From a virus (lineage: Duplodnaviria; Heunggongvirae; Uroviricota; Caudoviricetes), in the IMG/VR virus record IMGVR_UViG_2744054632_000003: DNA of 56,004 bases, one strand, 5' to 3'. The notes under the pieces are model-generated. The model saw nothing but the letters and a program-made list of their open reading frames with translations, was not told where the DNA came from and did no database searches. Shown piece after piece: positions 43,741-53,783 of this stretch. Both the position numbers and the translations under genes were made by a program. Numbering within the stretch: position 1 is the first letter of the stretch; the number at the start of each line of letters is the position of its first letter.

Positions 43741-45267
43741 TCAAAAATAAACCTCACCATCAACCATATATTTGAGAGTACTTATCGCCTGCTGGGCGGA
43801 TATTGTTTTCATTAAAGGATAGTGTTTAAAAACAATGCCATTCATAAAATAGATATCACAGGTTTTATTATCTGTATTGATTATGATTTTTTCGAATGTT
43901 TTATAGGCAAGTGTACGACATAGCTCTCGCCCATTTTTACTGGTTAAGTCAATAGCATGAAAATCACCAAGTGAGCTCACCGCTTTACTCTTCAAAGTTT
44001 TTAATGATACAGAAGCCCTTCGTAATTCCTTATCTAATACTCTGATTTTTTCTGCTATAGCGGTAACTTCAGGCGCAACAGATAATGCAGCAATTAAATT
44101 ATTAATTTTCATCTGGAGCTCAATAATTTTCAACTCTAAAGTTTCATTAGCATCTTTCTTGTTTTCAACTGGTTGGATTTTACTACAATTAAAAAGCAAC
44201 TCATTAATGATATTATAATCAACCAAATCTCTCTTTATTGATGGCCTGTCACATCGATGCAGTCTTCTCATCGGACAAACATAATAGCCATGCAAACTTC
44301 CAGATACCGCATGAACAATCATGGTATTACCACAAGCCTCGCACTTCATAACTGTTCGAAGTAGATTTATCAACATAGGATTTTTGCTACTATTGCTAAT
44401 ACCAAAAGGTGCCAACCGAATTTCCTGCACAGCGTAAAACAAATCATCTGATATGACTCTGGGATAATAGCCAGCGATTTCACTTATTCCTTTACCTCTT
44501 GCACGATATGAAGGTACGCATATACCTATCAGAGCTTTATTCGCTAATAATTTTTCAATTACAGAAGGTCCCCATGCACTTTCTTTTCCTGAGAAATTCT
44601 TTACAGCATGATCATTTAAATACTTGGCTATTGCATTCAATGAGCGCCTTTCCATCCTGAGTTTAAAAATTAGCTCAATAGTTTTCACCCTGTCGGGGTC
44701 TGGAACAAAAGCCGTTCTTTTGTCATCTAAGGAGAGCCATCTCGGACAAGACGCCGTCATAATCGTGCCTGACTCCAGTGCATCCTGCCGTTTTTTCTTC
44801 CATGATAATTTAACCCGACTTGACTTTATCTCGCTTTCTTCATTTGCCCTTTGTGCTATAAGTATGGCTTTTATTAATGAATATGGATCATTCAAAGAGT
44901 CAATATTATAGACTGTATTATCGCAAAGAGTTATAACATCAATACCGTGATTCAAAATCAATTTCAGACGCTCAATCGCTTCACCGACTTTTTCTCTTGA
45001 AAGTCTGTCCAGACTTTCAACTAACAATGTAGTTCCTGGCAATATATAACCATGCTCTATAGCATCTAAAAATTCCGAAAAAGCTCCTGATTGTGCATGC
45101 TTTCCTTTGAATGCACTTAATCCTAAATCTTCATATGTTATGGTATCAAGATAATAATCACTATTTACCTTTAACCATTCAGCAATAAGTCTTCTCTGTC
45201 GGTTTAATGAGTCGCCAGACATCTGACCTGGTGATGAAAATCGCATATATGCTATGGCTTTTTTCAT
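43741..45267 (-). CDS. ybcK: large serine recombinase (YbcK-like)
   Basis: N-terminal resolvase motif AIAYMRFSSPGQ...GDSLNRQ with catalytic Ser context, plus recombinase domain and Cys-rich zinc ribbon; 508 aa as in DLP12 YbcK. Confidence 0.8.
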   Translation of the reverse strand: MKKAIAYMRFSSPGQMSGDSLNRQRRLIAEWLKVNSDYYLDTITYEDLGLSAFKGKHAQSGAFSEFLDAIEHGYILPGTTLLVESLDRLSREKVGEAIERLKLILNHGIDVITLCDNTVYNIDSLNDPYSLIKAILIAQRANEESEIKSSRVKLSWKKKRQDALESGTIMTASCPRWLSLDDKRTAFVPDPDRVKTIELIFKLRMERRSLNAIAKYLNDHAVKNFSGKESAWGPSVIEKLLANKALIGICVPSYRARGKGISEIAGYYPRVISDDLFYAVQEIRLAPFGISNSSKNPMLINLLRTVMKCEACGNTMIVHAVSGSLHGYYVCPMRRLHRCDRPSIKRDLVDYNIINELLFNCSKIQPVENKKDANETLELKIIELQMKINNLIAALSVAPEVTAIAEKIRVLDKELRRASVSLKTLKSKAVSSLGDFHAIDLTSKNGRELCRTLAYKTFEKIIINTDNKTCDIYFMNGIVFKHYPLMKTISAQQAISTLKYMVDGEVYF

Positions 45268-45523
45268 GGTGACACCTGCTAACGTATGCTTTTATAAACC
45301 TTAGTGGTGAGATATAATTTTTGTTTAATTTTTATTTAAAAAGACAATTAAGGTCACATTATCTTGAATATACAACAATAATCGTATTGCAATTTTCTTA
45401 CGCCATAATCTTGAAAGCACAAAAGAATACATAAAAAAATAAAGACATTAACAAAAAGCATAAAACGAGGCTCATATAAATATAAGAGCCTCCATATTTT
45501 AGTCGTTTAGAAACAAATTATTT

Positions 45524-45856
45524 TTAATGTGGTGTGCTTCGTGACAATAAATTAATAACCAACACACCGGCACAAATCAACATCATGCCTATAATGGCTG
45601 GCAGGTCCAGCCGTTGGCCGAAAAATCCCCATGACAGTAAGCTAATCAGGACAATACCGACTCCTGACCAGATAGCATAAGCAATCCCTGTAGGAATATA
45701 AGCCAGCGTCTGAGCTAATAACCAGAATGATGCACAATAACAAATAATTGTACCAACAGATGGCCATAACCGTGTAAAACCTTCTGAAAACTTCATTAAG
45801 GTTGTACCAATGACCTCTGCAAGTATTGCACCACCAAGATAAATATAAGGGTTCAT
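45524..45856 (-). CDS. emrE: small multidrug resistance efflux transporter EmrE
   Basis: MNPYIYLGGAILAEVIGTTLMKFSEGFTRLWPSVGTIICYCASFWLLAQTLAYIPTGIAYAIWSGVGIVLISLLSWGFFGQRLDLPAIIGMML matches EmrE. Confidence 0.95.
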   Translation of the reverse strand: MNPYIYLGGAILAEVIGTTLMKFSEGFTRLWPSVGTIICYCASFWLLAQTLAYIPTGIAYAIWSGVGIVLISLLSWGFFGQRLDLPAIIGMMLICAGVLVINLLSRSTPH

Positions 45857-45923
45857 AGCATATTCTTTCCTGTTCAAACTGGAGAGAATTGTACTACAGT
45901 TTGAAATCAACTCACCTGTTTCA

Positions 45924-46226
45924 TCATTGTGTACCCATTGATGTTCTTTTATATACCCTCAATAAGCGTTTCATCGCGGCACTCTGGCGACACTCCTTAA
46001 AAATCAGATTCGTGCTCACCTTTCCTTCCCGTTCTTCTCTGGTAGCGAACCGGTAATACACCGTTCGCCAGACCTTACCATCAACGACCAGGATTCCTGC
46101 CCGCGCCATTTTAGCCGCAGCCTGATTTATGCTGGTTACGGTTGCGCCTGTTACCGCGGCAACGTCCTGTGCACAGAAGCTCTTATGCGTCCCCAGGTAA
46201 TGAATAATTGCCTCTTTGCCCGTCAT
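45924..46226 (-). CDS. ren: Ren exclusion protein
   Basis: MTGKEAIIHYLGTHKSFCAQDVAAVTGATVTSINQAAAKMARAGILVVDGKVWRTVYYRFATREEREGK matches lambda Ren. Confidence 0.9.
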   Translation of the reverse strand: MTGKEAIIHYLGTHKSFCAQDVAAVTGATVTSINQAAAKMARAGILVVDGKVWRTVYYRFATREEREGKVSTNLIFKECRQSAAMKRLLRVYKRTSMGTQ

Positions 46227-46924
46227 ACACTTGCTCCTTTCAGTCCGAACTTAGCTTTAATTTCTGCGATCTTCGCCAGAGCCTGTGCACGATTTAGAGG
46301 TCTACCGCCCATAACAGGAAGTTGTTTTACTGGTTCAGGGATCGCCTCACCACGGTTAATTCGCGCGGTCATACAAGTCAGTTCATCGGCAGCCTTGCGC
46401 CGTAATTCCGTATCAGTAAGCGCATTGGCCCGCATATTCTGGTACAGGCTAGTAACCAGCCAGTAGTGCGCGTTTGATTTCCACGGATAAGACTCTGCAT
46501 CCGGATACAGGCCACGCTTCCGGCAATACTCGTAAACCATATCAACCAGCTCGCTGGCGTTTGGCAGTCCGGCAATAACGGATACTTCTTCACGGCACCA
46601 TGCAACAAACTGCCCGGGTGATGGCAGGAATGGTCGATTCTGCCGACGGGCTACGCGCATTCCTGCGTTAACCTGTTCCATTGTGGTGATCCCGTTTTCC
46701 CGGAAAGCCAGAACCCACTGGCGGCGGATTTCGTTCAGTTCGTTCTGGTCCCGGTTAGCCAGGCTCGCCGGGAAAGTTGCCAGTAACTGGCTGAACACAC
46801 CATTGATGATCTGCGCTACCTGCTGTACCTGAGGCTTTTCGTCGTACTGTTCCGGCATGTTGTTGGCGATCCGACGCATCTGCTCACGGTCAAAGTTAAT
46901 CATCTGTGCGGCGATGTTTTTCAT
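46223..46924 (-). CDS. P: replication protein P (helicase loader)
   Basis: MKNIAAQMINFDREQMRRIANNMPEQYDEKPQVQQVAQIINGVFSQLLATFPASLANRDQNE matches lambda P. Confidence 0.95.
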   Translation of the reverse strand: MKNIAAQMINFDREQMRRIANNMPEQYDEKPQVQQVAQIINGVFSQLLATFPASLANRDQNELNEIRRQWVLAFRENGITTMEQVNAGMRVARRQNRPFLPSPGQFVAWCREEVSVIAGLPNASELVDMVYEYCRKRGLYPDAESYPWKSNAHYWLVTSLYQNMRANALTDTELRRKAADELTCMTARINRGEAIPEPVKQLPVMGGRPLNRAQALAKIAEIKAKFGLKGASV

Positions 46925-47850
46925 AAATCCACCCCGTAAATCCAGTCTGTGTTTGTCAGGTCGAGTTTTGGTTTGCTAGCTGTCACGCCTGCCTGTTGCT
47001 TGTTACGGTTGATTTCGAGTTGGGTCCACTTGTCGCGGAGTTTGGCCGGACTTAGCACGTTACCGGACCAGAAGTTGTCCTGGCATGCCCAGCGGAACAG
47101 CACGCACATGTCGCGGTGGTTACGTCCGTCACGTTCACGCATCAGGCGGATATCGTTAGCCCACCCTGCAAAATTCGGTTTTCTGGCTGATGGCGCGATG
47201 GTCTTCACCATGTCAAACATCCACTCTGCGGCGGTCAGGTCTTCTGCTGTCCCCCACCTGCTGCCGCTCTGAATTGCAGCATCTGGTTTCTCCACAGGAA
47301 GGTCGTTTTCTGGCTGGTCAGAGGATTCGCCAGAATTCTCGGACGAAAAAGGTTTTATATTGTCTTTTGTTAGTTTGTCTTTTGTGTTTACCTGATTCGG
47401 GTAAACGTCTTTACCTGATTTGGGTAAACTTTTTTTACCTGATTCAGGTAAATTTACCTCTTTCAGGTAAACTTTATTTTTCTTACCTGATTCGGGTAAT
47501 GTTGACCATTCACTGACCACATTATTAATGCCGATATTCCGCCCGCTCTGAATAAAAATCCCACGCTTTACCAGAACACTTTTTGCAGCAGAACACTTGT
47601 GCGGCAATATCCCGGTCAACTCGGAAAGTTGCTCGTTGCTCACCCAATCCAGTTTTTTATTAAAGCCATATGTTTTGCGCATGACAGCCAGGAAGACCAG
47701 AAGCTGGTGCTGTGTTAATCCGGCCAGCATTACAGCTTCCAGCAACTCATTTGCAATGCGCGTATAACCATCATCGAGATCTGCCACGCGCGGCTCCTTT
47801 TGTGCCGCATCCGGCACTGGAAAATTGAATATCTCAGCAGTGTTTGCCAT
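46921..47850 (-). CDS. O: replication initiator O
   Basis: C-terminal half DYSSENSGESSDQPENDL...WACQDNFWSGNVLSPAKLRDKWTQLEINRNKQQ matches lambda O; start taken at MANTAEIFNFP. Confidence 0.9.
   Translation of the reverse strand: MANTAEIFNFPVPDAAQKEPRVADLDDGYTRIANELLEAVMLAGLTQHQLLVFLAVMRKTYGFNKKLDWVSNEQLSELTGILPHKCSAAKSVLVKRGIFIQSGRNIGINNVVSEWSTLPESGKKNKVYLKEVNLPESGKKSLPKSGKDVYPNQVNTKDKLTKDNIKPFSSENSGESSDQPENDLPVEKPDAAIQSGSRWGTAEDLTAAEWMFDMVKTIAPSARKPNFAGWANDIRLMRERDGRNHRDMCVLFRWACQDNFWSGNVLSPAKLRDKWTQLEINRNKQQAGVTASKPKLDLTNTDWIYGVDL
47389..47502. repeat. ori-lambda-type iterons inside O
   Basis: Five 19-bp repeats TTACCTGATTCGGGTAAAC and variants, followed by an AT-rich stretch. Confidence 0.85.
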
Positions 47851-47936
47851 AATTCCTCCCGCAATGAGTGTGTTACGATTTGCACCTGAAAGTCGGTTCT
47901 GTTCCCGCAGACCGACTTTCGCCATTTTTGAACCTG

Positions 47937-48482
47937 TCATATTGCCCCCAGCATGGTGGTGACCATCGCCATCAATGGACCAGCCAGATCCGGGTCCACT
48001 CGAAACATCGACACAATGCCTTCACTCATCTCCTTCAGTTTCTGGTGGCGTGGTGCGTTGAGAATGACCGCCTGCTTTGCCTCACTGAGTTCCTTTTCCA
48101 TTTCAGCCAGCCGAGCCATGAAGCTATCCTGCTCAACCAGGTGGCCGCGATATTCCAGCGGTAGTACCGCCAGAATTGCCGGGGTCAGTTCACGCACGTT
48201 ATTTCGGTATTTTTCAGAATCGAATTTGTTATCGAGGAAGCGGAACAGCTTCTGGCGTGCACGACTGACATCATCAGGAAAATCGATGGTGCCGCCGCCC
48301 TGTGCTCGATACTCATTCACAATGAGTGCGGCAACTACATCCTGATTATCTTCAGCAGACCAGGCGCGGACGGCATCACGAATTTTTTCGTGGCCTGGCA
48401 CCTGTTTTATTTGAGAACGATTTATCACCGCAGTCGGGCTAAATCCGCTAGTCTGTTGGTATGTAAGTGGTTGCATAATCAT
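47937..48482 (-). CDS. YdaT-like regulator in the cII position
   Basis: EYRAQGGGTIDFP and LTPAILAVLPLEYRGHL resemble Rac YdaT motifs; sits between cro-like gene and O. Confidence 0.5.
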   Translation of the reverse strand: MIMQPLTYQQTSGFSPTAVINRSQIKQVPGHEKIRDAVRAWSAEDNQDVVAALIVNEYRAQGGGTIDFPDDVSRARQKLFRFLDNKFDSEKYRNNVRELTPAILAVLPLEYRGHLVEQDSFMARLAEMEKELSEAKQAVILNAPRHQKLKEMSEGIVSMFRVDPDLAGPLMAMVTTMLGAI

Positions 48483-48506
48483 CGCCTTATCAGTTAACGC
48501 CGCAGA

Positions 48507-48740
48507 TTAGGCGGCAGAATTACTCGCGTTAAACAATGGTGCGAGGTCGGGACGAATATCTGCTGGCTTAATCTTTCCACCAGTGGCTGAGACAATTTTC
48601 ATTACATAGCGGGCATCAATTCCGCCACCGTGTAGCCAACGCCAAACAGTGGGCTGGGCTACACCGCATAGATCTGCCAGTCGTTTTTGACTACCTGTAA
48701 TACTGATTGCGAGTTGAATGGTTTGATTTGTCATTATCAA
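48507..48740 (-). CDS. Cro-like HTH regulator (YdaS-like)
   Basis: 77 aa; HTH QKRLADLCGVAQPTVWRW; divergent from cI-like gene. Confidence 0.7.
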   Translation of the reverse strand: MIMTNQTIQLAISITGSQKRLADLCGVAQPTVWRWLHGGGIDARYVMKIVSATGGKIKPADIRPDLAPLFNASNSAA

Positions 48741-48844
48741 TTCCTATTGGTATTACAATGAATGAATAATAGCAATGCGTATTAACCATGGCAATAGCAA
48801 AACGTGTTTTGACCATCAATACGCAAGCGTATAAATTAAAACTT
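48741..48844. promoter_or_regulatory. OR/PR-PRM region with AATAGCAA(T) operator repeats
   Basis: AATAGCAAT at 48768-48776 and AATAGCAA at 48793-48800 (25-bp spacing) between divergent cro-like and cI-like genes. Confidence 0.4.
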
Positions 48845-49537
48845 ATGAAAAAAGAAACTCTTGCTGATCGCTTAAACCTAGCGATGGAACAATCTGGGAT
48901 GTCTCAAGGCGCTCTTGCAAAGGCGTCTGGCGTAGCTCAACCCACAATCTGGAGACTGACAAGCGGCAACGCGCGCGGCTCAACAAAAATTGTTGAAATA
49001 GCTAATGCATTGGGTGTTCGAACAGAGTGGCTCTCATCAGGCATAGGCCCGATGAGAAATGACGGTCAACAATCAGGGAAGCCTACTGTCAACCATTCCA
49101 AATACTTCAAGATTGACGTTCTTGATATAGAAGTGAGTGCCGGGCCGGGAGTCATCAACCGTGAGTTTGTAGAAGTCCTACGCTCGGTTGAGTACTCGTT
49201 TGACGATGCTCGTCACATGTTCGATGGCAGGAAGGCGGAAAATATCCGCATCATTAACGTGCGTGGTGACAGCATGTCAGGAACGATCGAACCAGGTGAT
49301 CTGCTGTTCGTTGATATCACGGTTAAATCTTTCGACGGTGATGGCATCTATGCGTTTCTGTACGACGACACCGCCCATGTAAAGCGCCTGCAAATGATGA
49401 AGGATAAGCTGCTGGTTATCTCTGATAACAAGAGCTACTCACCGTGGGACCCGATCGAGAAAGACGAGATGAACCGGGTGTTCATCTTCGGTAAGGTTAT
49501 TGGGAGCATGCCCCAGACGTACAGGAAACATGGATAA
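48845..49537 (+). CDS. cI: CI-like repressor (HTH + S24 LexA-like peptidase domain)
   Basis: HTH MSQGALAKASGVAQPTIWRL; C-terminal RGDSMSGTIEPGDLLFVD with Ser, and AHVKRL with Lys, as in the S24 autocleavage domain; start at MKKETL placed after operators. Confidence 0.85.
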   Translation: MKKETLADRLNLAMEQSGMSQGALAKASGVAQPTIWRLTSGNARGSTKIVEIANALGVRTEWLSSGIGPMRNDGQQSGKPTVNHSKYFKIDVLDIEVSAGPGVINREFVEVLRSVEYSFDDARHMFDGRKAENIRIINVRGDSMSGTIEPGDLLFVDITVKSFDGDGIYAFLYDDTAHVKRLQMMKDKLLVISDNKSYSPWDPIEKDEMNRVFIFGKVIGSMPQTYRKHG

Positions 49538-49865
49538 TCAGTACTGTGCTGATGAGTCGTTTAGGGGATAGTAAATTTAATTAGAATTAGACGAGAGCGA
49601 TTTATGGATTGTGACGCTTTACAGGATATAAAAATCTCTCTTAGGTATGACGGAAAAGATGCTTTAAATCATGAAATAGATTTGAACTGCCCTAGGAGAA
49701 TCCCTAAAGGGTTTTTCTAAAGTTCTCTCAACAGCAGCTTCTTTCTCTGTTACACAAAAATATAGTAAATACATTAATTATCAGGAAGTTAAGGTTTACG
49801 CACGCGAAGCAAAAGCTAACTGCTTTACTCTTGAAGCAGTTCTTAACTTCGCCACTCAGAACCAG

Positions 49866-50468
49866 TTGTTCTCGGGGATCGCCGCAACTATACTTGGCGC
49901 AATACTACAATATATTTTTGCGAGAAATTCTAACAAGAAAGATGAAATGAAAGCTTTGCAGCAGTCACTTGAAAAGGCCATAGAGGCACTAGGAAACAAG
50001 GATGCTGGAACCATTGATAAGTTGATCTCTTTGATTGACCGAATGGCTGTAGAGCTTCGCCCCTCTGTAAGGCAGGCAGTATCACCTATTGGTAATACTT
50101 GCGATCAGATAAGTGTTGCAACAAATGTTGACGGCTGCCTTCTAAAAGTTAATGAGAGAGATAAAGCTGAAATTGATAGGCTTGATGATGATGAAGTTCT
50201 CGGTCTTCGTGAGTATCGTGCTTTTCTTACAGAATTTGATGCACAAAATATGACAGCTAAAATAATTTTAGATGGTGATGACTCAAAAAAGAGAATCACT
50301 GCTGAAATTAGCGATCCAGCTGCAGGAAAGAAGAATAACCCGTATATTAGAGCTCTTAGTGCATATATATCAACCAAAGGTGATCCATCTGCAGTATTCA
50401 CTATAACCGCAAAGGCTACTGTTAAAAAAGGCCAGATAAACAGGTTATTTATTGTAGATGCGAAATGA
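49866..50468 (+). CDS. membrane-anchored protein downstream of cI (rexAB-position moron; exclusion candidate)
   Basis: 200-aa ORF with TTG start (frame open from 49686, no in-frame ATG); N-terminal [19 protein letters not shown]; followed by terminator. Confidence 0.45.
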   Translation: MFSGIAATILGAILQYIFARNSNKKDEMKALQQSLEKAIEALGNKDAGTIDKLISLIDRMAVELRPSVRQAVSPIGNTCDQISVATNVDGCLLKVNERDKAEIDRLDDDEVLGLREYRAFLTEFDAQNMTAKIILDGDDSKKRITAEISDPAAGKKNNPYIRALSAYISTKGDPSAVFTITAKATVKKGQINRLFIVDAK

Positions 50469-50472
50469 TTTC

Positions 50473-50499
50473 CCCGGCCGTCGTGCCGGGTTTTCTTTT
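50473..50499 (+). terminator. rho-independent terminator ending the cI-side operon
   Basis: Hairpin CCCGGC-cgtcgt-GCCGGG followed by TTTTCTTTT. Confidence 0.6.
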
Positions 50500-50619
50500 G
50501 CCTCCCCTCATCACACACCGTTCAAAAAACCACCATAACCCCCGCTTCAGTTATCGCTATGCGATGCAAGTCACAAAATTAATTCCTTTTGCTATCAAAC
50601 AGTTAATATCAAAATGCAT

Positions 50620-50670
50620 CAATCAATAGCAATAAGTATTGATATCACTAATAGCAATAGCTATTATCAC
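50620..50670. promoter_or_regulatory. OL/PL-like operator region
   Basis: AATAGCAATA at 50625-50634 and 50650-50659 (25-bp spacing), plus palindrome AATAGCTATT at 50656-50665; same half-site as the OR region. Confidence 0.4.
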
Positions 50671-50860
50671 CATGTCGCAACAACACAACGATACGGCAAC
50701 CACCTGATTCGCCGTTGCGATGACCGCTTAGATCCGCAGCTTGAATTTCAGCAGGCTCCGGGGAGTGCGAGGGGTGAAGCGGACGCGTTAACGTCGGTGT
50801 GACCAGCTGAAATCAACTCAACACTTCATACCTCAGTCGCTTCAACGAGGCGGCTTAGTT

Positions 50861-51151
50861 ATGACAACCGGCGGCCATCCACCGCCTGAATACGCGCAGA
50901 AGTCTCTATATGTTCAGCAGCCCAGCTTACGGGCAGGAGTTTTTATGGTTCATCAACATTACGGAACTCAGACCGTTAATCGCGGTGCCGTCCGGCCAGG
51001 TATGCTGGTTAAACACAAAGATGGTACCTGGACGGCATCAGCTAATTTGCGCGGTCGGCTTTACTTGCATCGCGGCATCGAACGAACGTACACAAAAGAT
51101 TTGCTCGTGGAGGTTTACCTGAATGGTACTGGCGGTGGTCTGAGCCACTAA
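50861..51151 (+). CDS. hypothetical early-left protein (not N-like)
   Basis: 96-aa ORF at the position where N is expected; no Arg-rich motif. Confidence 0.3.
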   Translation: MTTGGHPPPEYAQKSLYVQQPSLRAGVFMVHQHYGTQTVNRGAVRPGMLVKHKDGTWTASANLRGRLYLHRGIERTYTKDLLVEVYLNGTGGGLSH

Positions 51152-51155
51152 CTAC

Positions 51156-51470
51156 TCACTTGTTTGGGCCGTGTGGAGCCAAAGCAAATTCAAGGTTGTA
51201 GATACTCCCATCAGGGGCTTTGAAATCAACCTCAAACCGAGATGGCGGATTGAATGGATCGAGTACATTTTCTGCTACGCATGTAGATCTCCAATTGATA
51301 TGGCCTTTGCCAAGCGAGCGAGATTCCCACCAAGCTCTCCAGGTCTGGTCTTGCGGTTGATCACTCCCCTTTTCCCTTACATACCAATGATTCTTTTTCG
51401 ACTGCTTACCCATTTCTGCGGTTGGGTACATCGGAGAAGACTTTAACTTATCAATCAGCATTCTAGACAC
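51156..51470 (-). CDS. hypothetical Trp-rich protein on opposite strand in early-left region
   Basis: 104-aa ORF; no recognised family. Confidence 0.35.
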   Translation of the reverse strand: MSRMLIDKLKSSPMYPTAEMGKQSKKNHWYVREKGSDQPQDQTWRAWWESRSLGKGHINWRSTCVAENVLDPFNPPSRFEVDFKAPDGSIYNLEFALAPHGPNK

Positions 51471-51599
51471 CTTATTTATCAGATTTTGAGCAAGACATAG
51501 TGTGATCCAACATTTTGATTAATCAAGCGAGTTCATTCAAACAACTATGCAGTTAACGCACTGTCTGGATCCGCACATCAAAATTTCAGGAGTTTATCC

Positions 51600-51896
51600 A
51601 TGAACGCTTATTACATTCAGGATCGTCTTGAGGCTCAGAGCTGGGCGCGTCACTACCAGCAGATCGCCCGTGAAGAGAAAGAGGCAGAACTGGCAGACGA
51701 CATGGAAAAAGGCCTGCCCCAGCACCTGTTTGAATCGCTATGCATCGATCATTTGCAACGCCACGGGGCCAGCAAAAAAGCCATTACCCGTGCGTTTGAT
51801 GACGATGTTGAGTTTCAGGAGCGCATGGCAGAACACATCCGGTACATGGTTGAAACCATTGCTCACCACCAGGTTGATATTGATTCAGAGGTATAA
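51600..51896 (+). CDS. gam: Gam (RecBCD inhibitor)
   Basis: [60 protein letters not shown] matches lambda Gam short form. Confidence 0.9.
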   Translation: MNAYYIQDRLEAQSWARHYQQIAREEKEAELADDMEKGLPQHLFESLCIDHLQRHGASKKAITRAFDDDVEFQERMAEHIRYMVETIAHHQVDIDSEV

Positions 51897-51901
51897 AACG
51901 G

Positions 51902-52687
51902 ATGAGTACAGCACTCGCAACGCTGGCTGGGAAGCTGGCTGAACGTGTCGGCATGGATTCTGTCGACCCACAGGAACTGATCACCACTCTTCGCCAGACG
52001 GCATTTAAAGGTGATGCCAGCGATGCGCAGTTCATCGCATTGTTGATCGTCGCCAACCAGTACGGCCTTAATCCGTGGACGAAAGAAATTTACGCCTTCC
52101 CTGATAAGCAGAACGGCATCGTTCCGGTGGTGGGCGTTGATGGCTGGTCCCGCATCATCAATGAAAACCAGCAGTTTGATGGCATGGACTTTGAGCAGGA
52201 CAATGAATCCTGTACATGCCGGATTTACCGCAAGGACCGTAATCATCCGATCTGCGTTACCGAATGGATGGATGAATGCCGCCGCGAACCATTCAAAACT
52301 CGCGAAGGCAGAGAAATCACGGGGCCGTGGCAGTCGCATCCCAAACGGATGTTACGGCATAAAGCCATGATTCAGTGTGCCCGTCTGGCCTTCGGATTTG
52401 CTGGTATCTATGACAAGGATGAAGCCGAGCGCATTGTCGAAAATACTGCATACACTGCAGAACGTCAGCCGGAACGCGACATCACTCCGGTTAACGATGA
52501 AACCATGCAGGAGATTAACACTCTGCTGATCGCCCTGGATAAAACATGGGATGACGACTTATTGCCGCTCTGTTCCCAGATATTTCGCCGCGACATTCGC
52601 GCCTCGTCAGAACTGACACAGGCCGAAGCAGTGAAAGCTCTTGGATTCCTGAAACAGAAAGCCACTGAGCAGAAGGTGGCAGCATGA
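51902..52687 (+). CDS. bet: Bet (Red beta single-strand annealing protein)
   Basis: [72 protein letters not shown] matches lambda Bet. Confidence 0.95.
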   Translation: MSTALATLAGKLAERVGMDSVDPQELITTLRQTAFKGDASDAQFIALLIVANQYGLNPWTKEIYAFPDKQNGIVPVVGVDGWSRIINENQQFDGMDFEQDNESCTCRIYRKDRNHPICVTEWMDECRREPFKTREGREITGPWQSHPKRMLRHKAMIQCARLAFGFAGIYDKDEAERIVENTAYTAERQPERDITPVNDETMQEINTLLIALDKTWDDDLLPLCSQIFRRDIRASSELTQAEAVKALGFLKQKATEQKVAA

Positions 52688-53364
52688 TACCGGACATTAT
52701 CCTGCAGCGTACCGGGATCGACGTGAGAGCTGTCGAACAGGGGGATGATGCATGGCACAAATTACGGCTCGGCGTCATCACCGCTTCAGAAGTTCACAAC
52801 GTGATAGCAAAGCCCCGCTCAGGAAAGAAGTGGCCTGACATGAAAATGTCCTACTTCCACACCCTGCTGGCTGAGGTTTGCACCGGTGTGGCTCCGGAAG
52901 TTAATGCTAAGGCGCTGGCCTGGGGAAAACAGTACGAGAACGACGCCAGAACCCTGTTTGAATTCACTTCCGGCGTGAATATTACTGAATCCCCGATCAT
53001 CTATCGCGACGAAAGTATGCGCACCGCCTGCTCTCCCGATGGTTTATGCAGTGACGGCAACGGCCTTGAACTGAAATGCCCGTTTACCTCCCGGGATTTC
53101 ATGAAATTCCGGCTCGGTGGTTTCGAGGCAATAAAATCGGCTTACATGGCCCAGGTGCAGTACAGCATGTGGGTGACGCGAAAAGATGCCTGGTACTTTG
53201 CCAACTATGACCCGCGCATGAAGCGTGAAGGCCTGCATTATGTCGTGATTGAGCGGAATGAAAAGTACATGGCGAGTTTTGACGAGATGGTGCCGGAGTT
53301 CATCGAAAAAATGGACGAGGCACTGGCTGAAATTGGTTTTGTATTTGGGGAGCAATGGCGATGA
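52684..53364 (+). CDS. exo: Exo (lambda exonuclease)
   Basis: [67 protein letters not shown] matches lambda Exo. Confidence 0.95.
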   Translation: MIPDIILQRTGIDVRAVEQGDDAWHKLRLGVITASEVHNVIAKPRSGKKWPDMKMSYFHTLLAEVCTGVAPEVNAKALAWGKQYENDARTLFEFTSGVNITESPIIYRDESMRTACSPDGLCSDGNGLELKCPFTSRDFMKFRLGGFEAIKSAYMAQVQYSMWVTRKDAWYFANYDPRMKREGLHYVVIERNEKYMASFDEMVPEFIEKMDEALAEIGFVFGEQWR

Positions 53365-53543
53365 CGCATCCTCACGATAATATCCGGGTAGGCGCGATCA
53401 CTTTCGTCTACTCCGTTACAAAGCGAGGCTGGGTATTTCCCGGCCTTTCTGTTATCAGAAATCCACTGAAAGCACAGCGGCTGGCTGAGAAGATAAATAA
53501 TAAACGGGAGGCGGTATGCACAAAGCATCTCCTGTTGAGTTAA
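53355..53543 (+). CDS. small protein in the lambda orf60a position
   Basis: 62-aa ORF immediately after exo. Confidence 0.5.
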   Translation: MAMTHPHDNIRVGAITFVYSVTKRGWVFPGLSVIRNPLKAQRLAEKINNKREAVCTKHLLLS

Positions 53544-53707
53544 GAACGAGTATTGAGATGGCACATAGCCTTGCTCAAATTGGAGTCAGGTTTGTGCCAA
53601 TACCAGTAGAAACAGACGAAGAATTTCATACGTTAGCCACATCCCTTTCACAAAAGCTGGAAATGATGGTGGCGAAAGCAGAAGCAGATGAGAGAGACCA
53701 GGTATGA
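53516..53707 (+). CDS. small protein in the lambda orf63 position
   Basis: 63-aa ORF; position conserved. Confidence 0.5.
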   Translation: MHKASPVELRTSIEMAHSLAQIGVRFVPIPVETDEEFHTLATSLSQKLEMMVAKAEADERDQV

Positions 53708-53783
53708 CAACCACTGAATGCATTTTTCTGGCAGCGGGCTTCATATTCTGTGTGCTTATGCTTGCCGACATGGGGCTTGTTCA

